Assembly (NCBI GenBank): GCA_019244185.1
Contig: JAFATB010000006.1
Span: 64,001-128,000 of the forward strand
DNA: 64,000 nucleotides
DNA from: Acidobacteriota bacterium
Lineage (GTDB): Bacteria > Acidobacteriota > Thermoanaerobaculia > Gp7-AA8
Direction of reading: 5' to 3'
In this document: positions 49,082 to 60,439 of the stretch, piece after piece
Layout: the number at the start of each line of letters is the position of its first letter
How positions within the stretch are numbered: position 1 is the stretch's first letter
Notes under the pieces: generated by a model
Told to the model about the DNA's origin: nothing
The model's database searches: none
Seen by the model: the letters and a program-made list of their open reading frames with translations, nothing else
Program-made: the position numbers and the translations under genes

Positions 49082-49201
49082 TCAGTCGCGCGGCACGTGA
49101 AACGGCACCTCGTCGTCCTGCGCGGTGAGATATGCGCGGTCGTCGTCCTGCGGTTTGCGGTCGTCGTCTTCTTCGATGCGGTACGAGCGGATGTCTTCCA
49201 T
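49082..49201 (-). CDS. Small acidic peptide (39 aa) directly downstream of aceA
   Basis: SD GAGGAG 7 nt before ATG; MEDIRSYRIEEDDDRKPQDDDRAYLTAQDDEVPFHVPRD*; GC3-rich codons. Confidence 0.6.
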   Translation of the reverse strand: MEDIRSYRIEEDDDRKPQDDDRAYLTAQDDEVPFHVPRD

Positions 49202-49212
49202 GTTGATTCTCC

Positions 49213-50498
49213 TCAGAACTGCGCGGCTTCGGTCGAGCCTTCGAGCGCCGTCGTCGACGACGCGCCGGCGCTGACGACTTTCGCCACTTCATCGAAGTAG
49301 CCGGTGCCGACCTCGCGCTGGTGGCGCGTGGCCGTGTATCCGTTCTCCTCGGCTGCGAACTCCGATTGCTGCAGCCGCGAGTACGCGGTCATGCCTTCTT
49401 CCTGGTACTGGCGCGCGAGCTCGAACATCGAGAAGTTCAGCGCGTGGAAACCGGCCAGCGTGACGAACTGGAACTTGTAGCCCATCGCGCCGAGCTCTTT
49501 CTGGAAGTTCGCGATCTCGTCGGGCGAGAGCTTCTTGGCCCAGTTGAACGACGGCGAGCAGTTGTACGCGAGCAGCTTGCCGGGATACTTCGCGTGCACG
49601 CCCTCGGCGAACTGGCGCGCCTCCTCGATGTCCGGCGTCGACGTCTCGCACCACAGCACGTCCGCGTACGGCGCGTAGGCGACCGCGCGCGCGATGGCCA
49701 TCTCGATGCCGTTGCGGATGCGGAAGAAGCCTTCCGGCGTGCGCTCGCCGGTGAGGAACTCGTGGTCGCGCGGATCGACGTCGCTCGTCAGCAGCGTCGC
49801 GCTGTGCGCGTCGGTGCGCGCGACGACGAGCGTCTGCACGCCCGTGACGTCGGCGGCGAGACGCGCGGCGTTGAGCGTGCGGATGAACTGCGAGACGGGG
49901 ACGAGCACCTTGCCCCCGAGGTGTCCGCACTTTTTCTCGGATGCGAGTTGATCCTCGAAGTGCACGGCGGCGGCGCCGGCCTCGATCATCTGCTTCATCA
50001 GCTCGAACGCGTTGAGCGCGCCGCCGAAGCCTGCTTCCGCGTCGGCGATGATCGGCGCGAACCAGTGCGTGCCGCTGCGGCCTTCGCAGTGGTCGATCTG
50101 ATCCGCGCGCTGCAGCGACTGATTGATGCGCTTCACGACCTGCGGCACGGAGTTCGAGGGATAGAGGCTCTGGTCGGGATACATGTGGCCGGCCAGGTTC
50201 GCGTCGGCGGCGACCTGCCAACCGGAGAGATAGATGGCCTTCAGACCCGCGCGCACCTGCTGGATGGCCTGATTGCCGGTGAGCGCGCCGAGGGCGTTCA
50301 CGTAGGGCTCGGTGTTGAGGAGCTGCCAGAGGCGCTCGGCGCCCATCTCCGCGAGGGTGTAGCGGATGTCGATCGAGCCGCGCAGGCGCAGCACGTCGTC
50401 CGCGGTGTATTCGCGGGTGACGCCGTTCCAGCGCGGATTCGACTCCCAGTCCTTCTCGATTCGCTTGGGGTCGCGTGCTTCTTTCAGCTTGGCCATGC

Positions 50499-50502
<4 letters not shown>
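49213..50502 (-). CDS. aceA: Isocitrate lyase
   Basis: [39 protein letters not shown] and HQREVG motifs. Confidence 0.97.
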
Positions 50503-52094
<1,592 letters not shown>

Positions 52095-52169
52095 GTCGTC
52101 ACAATGCTGAGCACGCGGCCTGCCAGAGTCAATAAATTCAGGCTCATCTGTATGTTAGGCAGTCAACGC

Positions 52170-52209
52170 TTGTAAAAGTGAAACCGTAAATCGGTAAAAC
52201 GTTGTAAAG
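52170..52209. promoter_or_regulatory. Putative operator: four GTAAA motifs in the aceB-regulator divergent intergenic region
   Basis: ttGTAAAagtgaaaccGTAAAtcgGTAAAacgttGTAAAg in an AT-rich patch. Confidence 0.5.
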
Positions 52210-52260
52210 ACGCGGGCGGGGGCGCAGAATGCGCACAGAGGTCATCTCGAAAGTCGTGCC

Positions 52261-53754
52261 ATGTCGCTGAAGCTCGGAACGAAAGTGCGCTCCGTCCGCC
52301 GCCGCGAGCAGATGACGCAGACGCAGCTCGCGGAGAAGCTGGAGATCTCGCCGAGCTACCTCAATCTCATCGAGAGCAACCAGCGCCCGCTGCCGGCGCA
52401 CCTGCTCGTGAAGCTCGCGCAGATCTTCCACGTCGATCTGCAGGCGTTCGCGGACGACAGCCATTCGCGGCTCGCGGACTCGCTGCAGGAAGTCTTCGCC
52501 GATCCGCTGCTCGAGGAGCACGGCATCACCACGAATGACGTGCGCGAGCTCGCCGAGAGTCCGGCCGCCTCGCGCGCGATCATCGCGCTCTATCAAACGT
52601 ACAAGAGCACGATCTCCTCGATGCGCGACCTCGCCTCGCAGCTCTACGACGGCCGCGCGTTCATGGGCGTCGATCCGTCGCACCTGCCGAGCGAAGAGGC
52701 GTCGGACGTCATTCAGGAGAACGTCAACTACTTTCCCGAGCTCGAGGCGGCAGCCGAGGAGCTGGCGCGGAGGGCGAAGCTCGACCGCGCGGATTTGTAT
52801 CGCTCGCTGGTCATGCACCTGCGCGGCAAGCACGGCGTCGAAGTCGCGCTGACGCCGGTCGCGCGCGACCGCGGCCTCCTGCGCCGCTACGATCCGAACG
52901 CGCGCGTGCTGTCGCTCTCGGAAGTCTTGCCGCCGTGGAGCCGGCAGTTCCAGATCGCGCATCAGCTCGGGCTCATCGAGGCCGCGCCGGTGATCGACGC
53001 GATCATCCAGCGCTCGCAGAAGAACCTCACCACGCCCGAGTCGGTGAAGCTCTGCCGCGTCGCGCTCGCGAACTACTTCGCCGGCGCGCTGCTGATGCCG
53101 TACGACGACTTTCTGCGCACCGCGGAAGAAGTGCGTTACGACATCGAGCTGCTGCAGCATCACTACACCGCGAGCTGGGAACAGGTCTGCCACCGTCTCA
53201 CGTCGCTGCGCCGCAACGGCGCGGCGGGCGTGCCGTTTCACTTCGTGCGCGTCGACATCGCGGGCAACATCTCCAAGCGCTTCTCCGGCACCGGCATCCG
53301 CTTCGCGCGCTTCTCCGGCTCGTGTCCGCGGTGGGACGTGCATGCGGCGTTTCTCACGCCGGGCCGCATCCGCACGCAGCTCTCGAAGATGCCGGACGGC
53401 ACGGCGTACTTCTGCATGGCGCGCACGATCCGCAAGAGCTACGGCTACGCCTCGGGCGACGCGCTGATGGCCGTCGGCATCGGCTGTCCGGTGAAGCACG
53501 CGCGGAAGCTCGTATACGCCGACGGCTACGATCTCGAGAACCTCGAGGCGGCCGTACCGATCGGCGTCACGTGCCGGTTGTGCGAGCGCGCCGACTGTGA
53601 ACAGCGCGCGTTTCCGCCGCTGCAGCACGGGCTCAAAGTCGACGAGAACGTGCGCGGACGCTCGTTCTACGCGCCGGTCGAAAGCGAGCCGCGCGAGGCG
53701 AACGCTCCCGCGGTGCGCCCCTCTCCGCGACGCGCCAAGCGTGCTCAAACGTAG
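52261..53754 (+). CDS. RamB/PrpR/ScfR family XRE regulator (HTH + IrrE-like + DUF2083)
   Basis: HTH EISPSYLNLIESNQRP, ANYFAGALLMPY, RVDIAGNISKR, CPRWDVH and CRLCERADCEQRAFPP; divergent from aceBA. Confidence 0.92.
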   Translation: MSLKLGTKVRSVRRREQMTQTQLAEKLEISPSYLNLIESNQRPLPAHLLVKLAQIFHVDLQAFADDSHSRLADSLQEVFADPLLEEHGITTNDVRELAESPAASRAIIALYQTYKSTISSMRDLASQLYDGRAFMGVDPSHLPSEEASDVIQENVNYFPELEAAAEELARRAKLDRADLYRSLVMHLRGKHGVEVALTPVARDRGLLRRYDPNARVLSLSEVLPPWSRQFQIAHQLGLIEAAPVIDAIIQRSQKNLTTPESVKLCRVALANYFAGALLMPYDDFLRTAEEVRYDIELLQHHYTASWEQVCHRLTSLRRNGAAGVPFHFVRVDIAGNISKRFSGTGIRFARFSGSCPRWDVHAAFLTPGRIRTQLSKMPDGTAYFCMARTIRKSYGYASGDALMAVGIGCPVKHARKLVYADGYDLENLEAAVPIGVTCRLCERADCEQRAFPPLQHGLKVDENVRGRSFYAPVESEPREANAPAVRPSPRRAKRAQT

Positions 53755-53833
53755 GCGTTGCCGGAACTTTTTCGTACCGCTCGGGTAGGGAAGCAGTACA
53801 CTGGCGGCACTCCAGAATTACCGGGTCCCGTCC

Positions 53834-54301
53834 ATGTACCCATGCATACGGCGATTTTTCGTCTGGTCGGTTTTGCTTTCTTTCGCGATAGCCGTCGCCG
53901 GCTGTTCGATGCCCACGAAAGTGCGGTCGATGTTCGGCGGAGGCACGGAGTTCCGCGTCAACATCGCCCCGAACGCGAATGAAAACAGCGCCGTCGCCGT
54001 CGACGCGCTCGTCGTCTACGACGCCAAAGTCCTCGACCTCCTGCTGAAGACGAAATCGTCCGACTGGTTCGCGAAGAAGCAGCAGTTCCTCAGCGACTAC
54101 CGCGACGCGATCGACATCAAGAGCTGGGAGTGGATCCCGAGTCAGGCCGTGCCGAAGCAATCGCTCGAGTACCACGCCGGCGCGAAGAAGGTCCTCGTCT
54201 TTGCCGACTACTCCACCGCGGGCGACCATCGCGCCGCGATCGATCCGCAGCAAACGTTCACGCTCTACCTCGACACCCTGGACATGAAGGTGACCCCATG
54301 A
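53834..54301 (+). CDS. tssJ: T6SS lipoprotein TssJ-like
   Basis: Lipobox AVAGC; NANENSAVAVD and VFADY motifs; ATGA overlap with tssK. Confidence 0.7.
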   Translation: MYPCIRRFFVWSVLLSFAIAVAGCSMPTKVRSMFGGGTEFRVNIAPNANENSAVAVDALVVYDAKVLDLLLKTKSSDWFAKKQQFLSDYRDAIDIKSWEWIPSQAVPKQSLEYHAGAKKVLVFADYSTAGDHRAAIDPQQTFTLYLDTLDMKVTP

Positions 54302-55611
54302 CGACGGACCCCAATGCCTTGCCCGCCGCGGTGCACTGGTCGGAAGGAATGCTGCTCTCGCCGCATCACTTCCAGCGCGCCGCGCAACGCTGTGACGCGC
54401 TCCCGCACTATCACGCCTCGCTCGCCTCGCCATTCCACTGGGGCGTCGTGCGGTTCGAACGCAACCAGCCGCTCGGCACGCTGCTGAAGATCTTCGCCGT
54501 CGAGGCGGTGCTGCCCGACGGCCTCGTGGTCTCGCATCCGTCGCCGCTCGATCAGGCCTCGCTCGATCTCGAGCTCGATCTCGCGAAGCTGCAGCCGGAC
54601 GTCGAGCAGGGCAAGCGCACTGTCTACCTCGCCGTCGACCGCAAGGAGTTCGCGCGGCGCTACGACTTCAACGCCACCGAATCCGTGCCCGACGAGACGA
54701 CCGGCAAGGATCATCTCGACATCTCCGTGCTGCGCCCGCGGCTGCAGCTCGTGCTCGCGCGCGAGCTGCCGTCGTCGTACAGCGGCTTCCCGGTCGCGCG
54801 ACTCACGATCGCGGAAGGCGTCGTCAAGCAGCTGCCGTACGAGCCGCCGCGCCTCAGCGTCGGTTCCGACTCGGTCGTCCACAAGCGCTGCAGCGCGATC
54901 GCCTCGCGCCTGCGCCACACCGCTGAAGCGCGCGCCGCGCGCGCGAAGAACGATCTCGACGAGCGCCTGCTCGTGCACGGGCTCGTCGCCGCGCTGCCGC
55001 CGTTCGAGGCGCTGCTCGACTCCGGCGTCGCGCATCCCTTCGCGTTGTATCTCGCCGCGGCCACGCTCCTCGGGCATCTCTCGGCTGCCGGCGTCGTGCC
55101 GCAGCGTCTCAAGGCGTACATCCACGACGATCTCCTCGCGTCGTTCTCGGCAGTCGAAGCGGCGGCGGACGATCTGCTCCGCCGCACGATCAAGGAGAAC
55201 TGGCAGAGCTTCACGTTCACGCGCGACGACGACGAGTACCGCCTTGCCGTCAGCGAGGCGTGGGTCGGCCGCACGATTCACCTCGGCATCCGCGTGCCGA
55301 ACGGCGTCTCCGAAAACGACATCGACGAATGGGTGCGCAACAGCACCATCGGCCTCGGCTCGGACATGGATCGACTGCGCAGCCTGCGCGTCACCGGCCT
55401 GCGCCGCCATCCCATGCGCGAGGACGAGCTCCGTCCGGCGCCGGGCTGCGTCTTCTACACGCTCGAGACGCCGCCGGGATTCCGCGCCGACGCCGAGGAC
55501 CAGCTCGTGATCCACGATCGCGGCGGCGCGGCGCGACGCCGGCCTGAAGAAGTCTCGCTGTACGTGCCGCTCGCCGACGCCAAGTCCGACAACATCGTCC
55601 GGAGGGACTGA
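54298..55611 (+). CDS. tssK: T6SS baseplate subunit TssK
   Basis: VHWSEGMLLSPHHFQ, WGV, PDG, HPFALY and YIHDDL motifs. Confidence 0.9.
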   Translation: MTTDPNALPAAVHWSEGMLLSPHHFQRAAQRCDALPHYHASLASPFHWGVVRFERNQPLGTLLKIFAVEAVLPDGLVVSHPSPLDQASLDLELDLAKLQPDVEQGKRTVYLAVDRKEFARRYDFNATESVPDETTGKDHLDISVLRPRLQLVLARELPSSYSGFPVARLTIAEGVVKQLPYEPPRLSVGSDSVVHKRCSAIASRLRHTAEARAARAKNDLDERLLVHGLVAALPPFEALLDSGVAHPFALYLAAATLLGHLSAAGVVPQRLKAYIHDDLLASFSAVEAAADDLLRRTIKENWQSFTFTRDDDEYRLAVSEAWVGRTIHLGIRVPNGVSENDIDEWVRNSTIGLGSDMDRLRSLRVTGLRRHPMREDELRPAPGCVFYTLETPPGFRADAEDQLVIHDRGGAARRRPEEVSLYVPLADAKSDNIVRRD

Positions 55612-55616
55612 CCGCC

Positions 55617-56345
55617 GTGTTCCTCATGGAGAACTTTCACGAGTTCTACGCCGAGGTGCAGGCGCTCGCGGGGAGAATCGCCGTGGGTGAGCTGCGCGCG
55701 GCGGATGCTCGCCAGCGGCTTGTGCGGCTCGTCGACCGGCAGCAGATGGCGGCGGAGCGCGAAGGCGGCACGTACGCCGCGGAACTGTACCTCCGCGCAA
55801 AGTACGCGATGGCCGCGCTCGCGGACGAAGTCTTCCTTCGCGACCCGAACGTCGCCGGCGCGTGGATCGACGAGCTGCTCGAATCCGCGATCTTCGGCTC
55901 GCGCTGCGCCGGCGAGAAGTTCTTCGACGACATCGACGCGCTCCTCGGCGAGCGCAGCGCTGCCGCGGGCGAGCTCGCGCGCGTGTACCTCGCCGTGCTG
56001 TCACTCGGCTTCCAGGGCCGCTTCCGCGAATCGCTCGACGCCGACGTCGCGCTCGAGGAGTACCGCCGCAAGCTGTATCGCGTGATCTACGCGCGCGACG
56101 CGCGCATCGATCCCGAGGAGAAGGTCTTCCCGGCCGCATACGCGGCGACGTTCTTCGACAGCAGCCGTTCCGAGCTGCCGTATCTGCGGCCGTGGGTCGT
56201 CACGATCTGCGTCATCTTCGTGCTCTGGATCGTCGCCGCGGATCTCATCTGGCGCGACGCGACCGCGGGCATCGCCACGCAGATCGACAACGTCCTCGAA
56301 GCCGCCGCGTCGATCGGAAACACGGGCACCGGAGGCTCGCGATGA
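55617..56345 (+). CDS. tssL: T6SS TssL (DotU), no OmpA domain
   Basis: YAMAALADE, AGEKFF and VYLAVLSLGFQGRF motifs; C-terminal TM. Confidence 0.9.
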   Translation: MFLMENFHEFYAEVQALAGRIAVGELRAADARQRLVRLVDRQQMAAEREGGTYAAELYLRAKYAMAALADEVFLRDPNVAGAWIDELLESAIFGSRCAGEKFFDDIDALLGERSAAAGELARVYLAVLSLGFQGRFRESLDADVALEEYRRKLYRVIYARDARIDPEEKVFPAAYAATFFDSSRSELPYLRPWVVTICVIFVLWIVAADLIWRDATAGIATQIDNVLEAAASIGNTGTGGSR

Positions 56346-59300
56346 TGCTGCTCGCGAAAGCCTCGCTCTGGCCGTACGCGCTCGCGCTGGTCGTGCTGCT
56401 CGCGCTGCTCATTGTCGTCCTCCTCGTCGTGCTGCTGTGGAAGGCGTCGCGCAAAGAGCAGATCGCCGACGCCGACGAGCCGCCGGAAGAAGCGCAGAAC
56501 GACGACGCGCCGCAATCCGTCGCCGCCGCACAGGCGAGCGGCGACGCGGTCGGCATCACGTCCGCGTTCCGCCGCGCGCGCGAGACGATGAACGACGTCT
56601 CCGACGGCGATCCGTACCGCACGGCGGTGTTCCTCCTCGCCGGCGCCGACGGCTCGCGCACGCCGGGCTTCCTCCGTCAGGTGGCGGGGCGCGAGCTCGA
56701 ATACGTCACCGACGATCCGGTGAGCGAAGGACTCGCGTTCGGCGAAGGCAACAGCTTCCTCTTCTTCGATGACGGCGTCGTGCTCGATCTCGCCGGCGAG
56801 CCGGTGCTCGCGGCGAGCGGCACGGGCTCGGACGGGAAGCGCTGGAAGACGATGCTGCGCCACGTCGCCGAGCTGCGTCCGAAGCGCCCGGCCGACGGCG
56901 TCATCGTCACCGTCCACGCTTCCGAGCTGCTCGCCGCGCAACGCGATCCGTCGTCGTTCGCGCTCGCCGCGCGCGCCGATCAGCTGCATCGCCGCTTGTG
57001 GGATCTGCAGCGCGAGCTCGGCTTCCGCCTGCCGGTGTACGTGCTCGTCACCGGCTGCGAAGAGCTCACCGGCTTCACCGACGTCTGCGCCGCGATGCCG
57101 GCCGCCGCGCGCGGGCAGATGCTCGGCTGGTCGAATGCGGACGGCATTCAGGCGCCGTATCGCGCGGAGCGCGTCGACGAGGCGTTCGCGCAACTGCACG
57201 ACCAGCTCGGCAATCTGCAGATGCAGCTCTTCGCAAACGCGGCGTGTCCGGCGGGCGTCCTGCAGTTCCCGTGGTCGATCCGCGCGCTGCATCAGCCGAT
57301 GCGCACGTTCCTCGGACATCTCTTCCGCACGAGCGCACATCAGGAGAGCGCGATCCCGCGCGGCTTCTACTTCTGCGGCGCGTTCGGCGGCGCGACGGCA
57401 TTCATCAGCGAGCTGCTCGAACAGAAAGTGTTCCCCGAAGTCGGCCTCGCATTGCCGACGTCGCGCACGCGGCTGGCGCAGACACGAAAAGTCCGCACGC
57501 TGCAGTTCGCCGCGGCGTCGCTCGCGCTCATTGCCGCGAGCGGCCTCACGTTCGCGTACCGCTCGTTCCATCGGGAGAACGAGGAGCTGCAGCGCGTCTT
57601 CGACCAGTCGGAAGCGGCGCTCGGCCGCGAGTCGCGTCCCGACGCGCGCGTCGCCGAAGAGCACGCGGCCGCGGAGATCCTCGACAGCATCGGACACCTC
57701 ACCTTCCGCCGTTACTGGTCCGTGTTCGTGCCGTCGTCGTGGCCGGTCCTCACGGAGTTCGACGCGCGCATGGAAGACGCGCTCGGCCGCACGTTCAGCA
57801 TCGTCGTGCTCGACGCGATCCGCCAGCGCATCGACGATCACATCGAGAAAGCGATGAACGACGCGACCACGCGCATCGTGCCGGCCGATTCGCGCATGGC
57901 CATGCGGCAGCAGCGCATCGCGGCCGCGTCGCTTTCGGGCGAAGACGGGCGCGTGCTGCCGGTCGATCAGATGCCCGACTTCCGCGTGCTCAGCACCTTC
58001 GTCTCCGACATGCGCCAGGCGGAGATGAACGGCCGCCGCCTCAACGAGATCGCCACGCCGGGTCGCGGCGATCTGCGCGCGCTGGCCGGACTCGCGGCGT
58101 ACGCGTTCGGGCAGGAGCTCTCGTCGAAGTTCTTCCAGCGCTCGTATCTCTACGAGGCGACGCTGCGCAACGCGACGTACACGCGGCGCTTCGATCCCGC
58201 GCGCTACCGCGACCGCGCGGACCGCACGCTGCGCGAGCTGACGTCCGACTTTTACCAGAGCCTCTTCGACCGCAACCCGTTCGGCCTGCGCGTGCGGCAG
58301 CTCGTGCGCGAGCTCGATCCCGCGACGCTCGATGCGCACGGCTCGCGCGAGTCGGAAGTCGAGCGCTTCCGCCACATCACCGACACCCTGCATACGGTAC
58401 AGACCGATCTCGCCGGCCCCGAGCTGCAGTGGGCGTTCCGCCCCGACTTCGATCTCGGCCCCGCGTACGGCTCCGTCATCAGCGCGGTGAAGCAATCGGC
58501 GCTCTTCCAGCCCGAGACCGCGGACATGCTGAAGGCGTCGGCCGAGTCGAACTGGGCCGACTTCACGATGCAGCTCACGACGCCGACGGCGCTCAGCTGG
58601 CCGGTGCTCACCGTCCACGACGGACGGGCGGAGAAGCGGCTTTCCGCCGAGACGCAGGGGCTGCAGTCCGCGCTGGAGGGCTTCCTCAATCAAAGCTTCG
58701 TCTCGCGCGCGAACGGCCAGCGCCAGCTCGTGACCTCGTTCACGCCGGCTACGCGCGTGACGTGGGATCCGCGGCTGCTGCAGCAGGCCAGCGCGACGTA
58801 TCAGGCGTTCCAGCGCTTCAACGAGAACGGCCTCAAGCTGTTCCGGCCGGAGATGCAGGATGCGGTCGTCTTCGCCGCGCAGCAACGGCTCGGCGCGCAG
58901 ATGAACGACCTGCTCGTCGACGCGCAGACGCTCGACGACGTCACCCCGCCGGCGACGAACGCGATGATGGAGCAGCAGCTCCAGTCCGACGTCGAGCGCT
59001 TCACGGCCGCGCATCAGCCGCTGAAGGACAACTACGACGCGTTCACGCGCGCGCGGCTGTACGACGAGCGTACCGCGCTCGTCACCGCGACGACGCACGA
59101 GGCGCAGCGCCTCCTCGCCGCCACCGACGCGCTGCTCGAACGGCAGGCGCCGTACACGCCGCGCGCCGGCAACCTGACGTGGTGGGACGGCAAGTCGCCC
59201 GCGTCGCCCGCCGCGTGGGACGCGCGCGATGCCGCTGACCTCACGACGTATCTCGACAACACGCGCCTGCGCACCGCGCGCATCGCGCAGTTCTACGCGA

Positions 59301-60439
59301 AGCCGCTGCTCTCGTTCTTCGACGAGATGGGCGCCGCCGATCTGCCGGAGAGCGCCGCGCTCGTGACGAAGTGGCAGTCGATCGTCGACGACCTCGCCGA
59401 CTACGACGCGAAGAAGCCGGGCAACGCGCCCGCCGCGCTCGAGGAGTACATCAGCGGTCGGATGGCGAAGGTCACGCTCGCCGACTGCAGCGCCGCGGAG
59501 CTGACCGCGCGCCCCCAGCGCGCCAGCGGCTACTTCGCGGCGCGCCTCACCGATCTCTCGCGTCAGGTCTCCGCGCGCTGCGCGACGCAGGCCGCGCACG
59601 AGGCGCGCGCGCTCTACGCCGACCTCGCGCGCTTCTACGACCAGCGTCTCGCCGGACGCTATCCGTTCGCCGCGGAGCCGCCGCGCCAGCCGGGACAACC
59701 GGAAGCGGATCCGGAAGACGTGCGCAACTTCTATCGCCGCTTCAGCGCGGCGGACGCGCTCTTCAACTCGATTCCCGCCGACAGCGCGAGCGCGACCTCG
59801 CTCGCCGACGCGCGGCGCTTCCTCAAGCAGATGCGCGACGTGCGTCCGTTCTTCGCCGCGTTCCTCGACGCGCCGAAGCCGCAGCGCACGCCCGCCTACG
59901 ATCTCGAGACCGAGTTCCGCACGCTGCAGCAGCGCGAGCTCGGCGGCAACGAGATCATCCGCTGGGCGCTCAGCGTCGCCGATGAAACGGTGACCGATCG
60001 CGAGAAGGCGCAGAAGCTCCGCTGGACGCCGGGACAGCCGGTGCGTCTCTCGATCCGCTGGGCCAGCGACGCGCCGCACGTGCCGGTGATGCATGAAGGC
60101 CGGCGCGGCATGACCGTCGACGGCCGCACGGTGACGTACGAGTACTCGAACCGCTGGGCGCTGCTCGCCGCGCTCGCCGATCTTCGCGCGCGCACCGAGG
60201 ACCTGGGGCCCGTCGGCGAAGTGCCGCCGGTGACGCTCGCGCTCACGGTCGACACGAAGCCCGCGGCGACGGACGACGACGAGAAAGACAAAGAAAAGAA
60301 GAACGTCGTCATCGAGCCGGCGCAGCTCTTCATGCGCATCGCGCTGCTGACGCCGGAAGGCGCGCCGCTCGACGTGCCCGACTTTCCGACGACGCCCGCG
60401 CCCGCGCTGCCGACCGTGATCGCCGAGGATTTGCCATGA
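56342..60439 (+). CDS. tssM: T6SS membrane complex TssM (IcmF)
   Basis: N-terminal TM; RPKRPADGVIV, LGFRLPVYVLVT, QMLGWS, RGFYFCG and LAGRYPF motifs; position in the cluster. Confidence 0.88.
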   Translation: MMLLAKASLWPYALALVVLLALLIVVLLVVLLWKASRKEQIADADEPPEEAQNDDAPQSVAAAQASGDAVGITSAFRRARETMNDVSDGDPYRTAVFLLAGADGSRTPGFLRQVAGRELEYVTDDPVSEGLAFGEGNSFLFFDDGVVLDLAGEPVLAASGTGSDGKRWKTMLRHVAELRPKRPADGVIVTVHASELLAAQRDPSSFALAARADQLHRRLWDLQRELGFRLPVYVLVTGCEELTGFTDVCAAMPAAARGQMLGWSNADGIQAPYRAERVDEAFAQLHDQLGNLQMQLFANAACPAGVLQFPWSIRALHQPMRTFLGHLFRTSAHQESAIPRGFYFCGAFGGATAFISELLEQKVFPEVGLALPTSRTRLAQTRKVRTLQFAAASLALIAASGLTFAYRSFHRENEELQRVFDQSEAALGRESRPDARVAEEHAAAEILDSIGHLTFRRYWSVFVPSSWPVLTEFDARMEDALGRTFSIVVLDAIRQRIDDHIEKAMNDATTRIVPADSRMAMRQQRIAAASLSGEDGRVLPVDQMPDFRVLSTFVSDMRQAEMNGRRLNEIATPGRGDLRALAGLAAYAFGQELSSKFFQRSYLYEATLRNATYTRRFDPARYRDRADRTLRELTSDFYQSLFDRNPFGLRVRQLVRELDPATLDAHGSRESEVERFRHITDTLHTVQTDLAGPELQWAFRPDFDLGPAYGSVISAVKQSALFQPETADMLKASAESNWADFTMQLTTPTALSWPVLTVHDGRAEKRLSAETQGLQSALEGFLNQSFVSRANGQRQLVTSFTPATRVTWDPRLLQQASATYQAFQRFNENGLKLFRPEMQDAVVFAAQQRLGAQMNDLLVDAQTLDDVTPPATNAMMEQQLQSDVERFTAAHQPLKDNYDAFTRARLYDERTALVTATTHEAQRLLAATDALLERQAPYTPRAGNLTWWDGKSPASPAAWDARDAADLTTYLDNTRLRTARIAQFYAKPLLSFFDEMGAADLPESAALVTKWQSIVDDLADYDAKKPGNAPAALEEYISGRMAKVTLADCSAAELTARPQRASGYFAARLTDLSRQVSARCATQAAHEARALYADLARFYDQRLAGRYPFAAEPPRQPGQPEADPEDVRNFYRRFSAADALFNSIPADSASATSLADARRFLKQMRDVRPFFAAFLDAPKPQRTPAYDLETEFRTLQQRELGGNEIIRWALSVADETVTDREKAQKLRWTPGQPVRLSIRWASDAPHVPVMHEGRRGMTVDGRTVTYEYSNRWALLAALADLRARTEDLGPVGEVPPVTLALTVDTKPAATDDDEKDKEKKNVVIEPAQLFMRIALLTPEGAPLDVPDFPTTPAPALPTVIAEDLP

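Noticed and set aside
56087-60094. 1335-aa antisense ORF over tssM, and similar long shadow ORFs (20534..23584, 50475..52175, 62041..63684, 41303..42928)
   Set aside because: Antisense open frames expected from high-GC codon bias; no motifs, and the opposite strand carries recognisable genes (only the 3' part of 20534..23584 is kept, as the PilZ-like gene)
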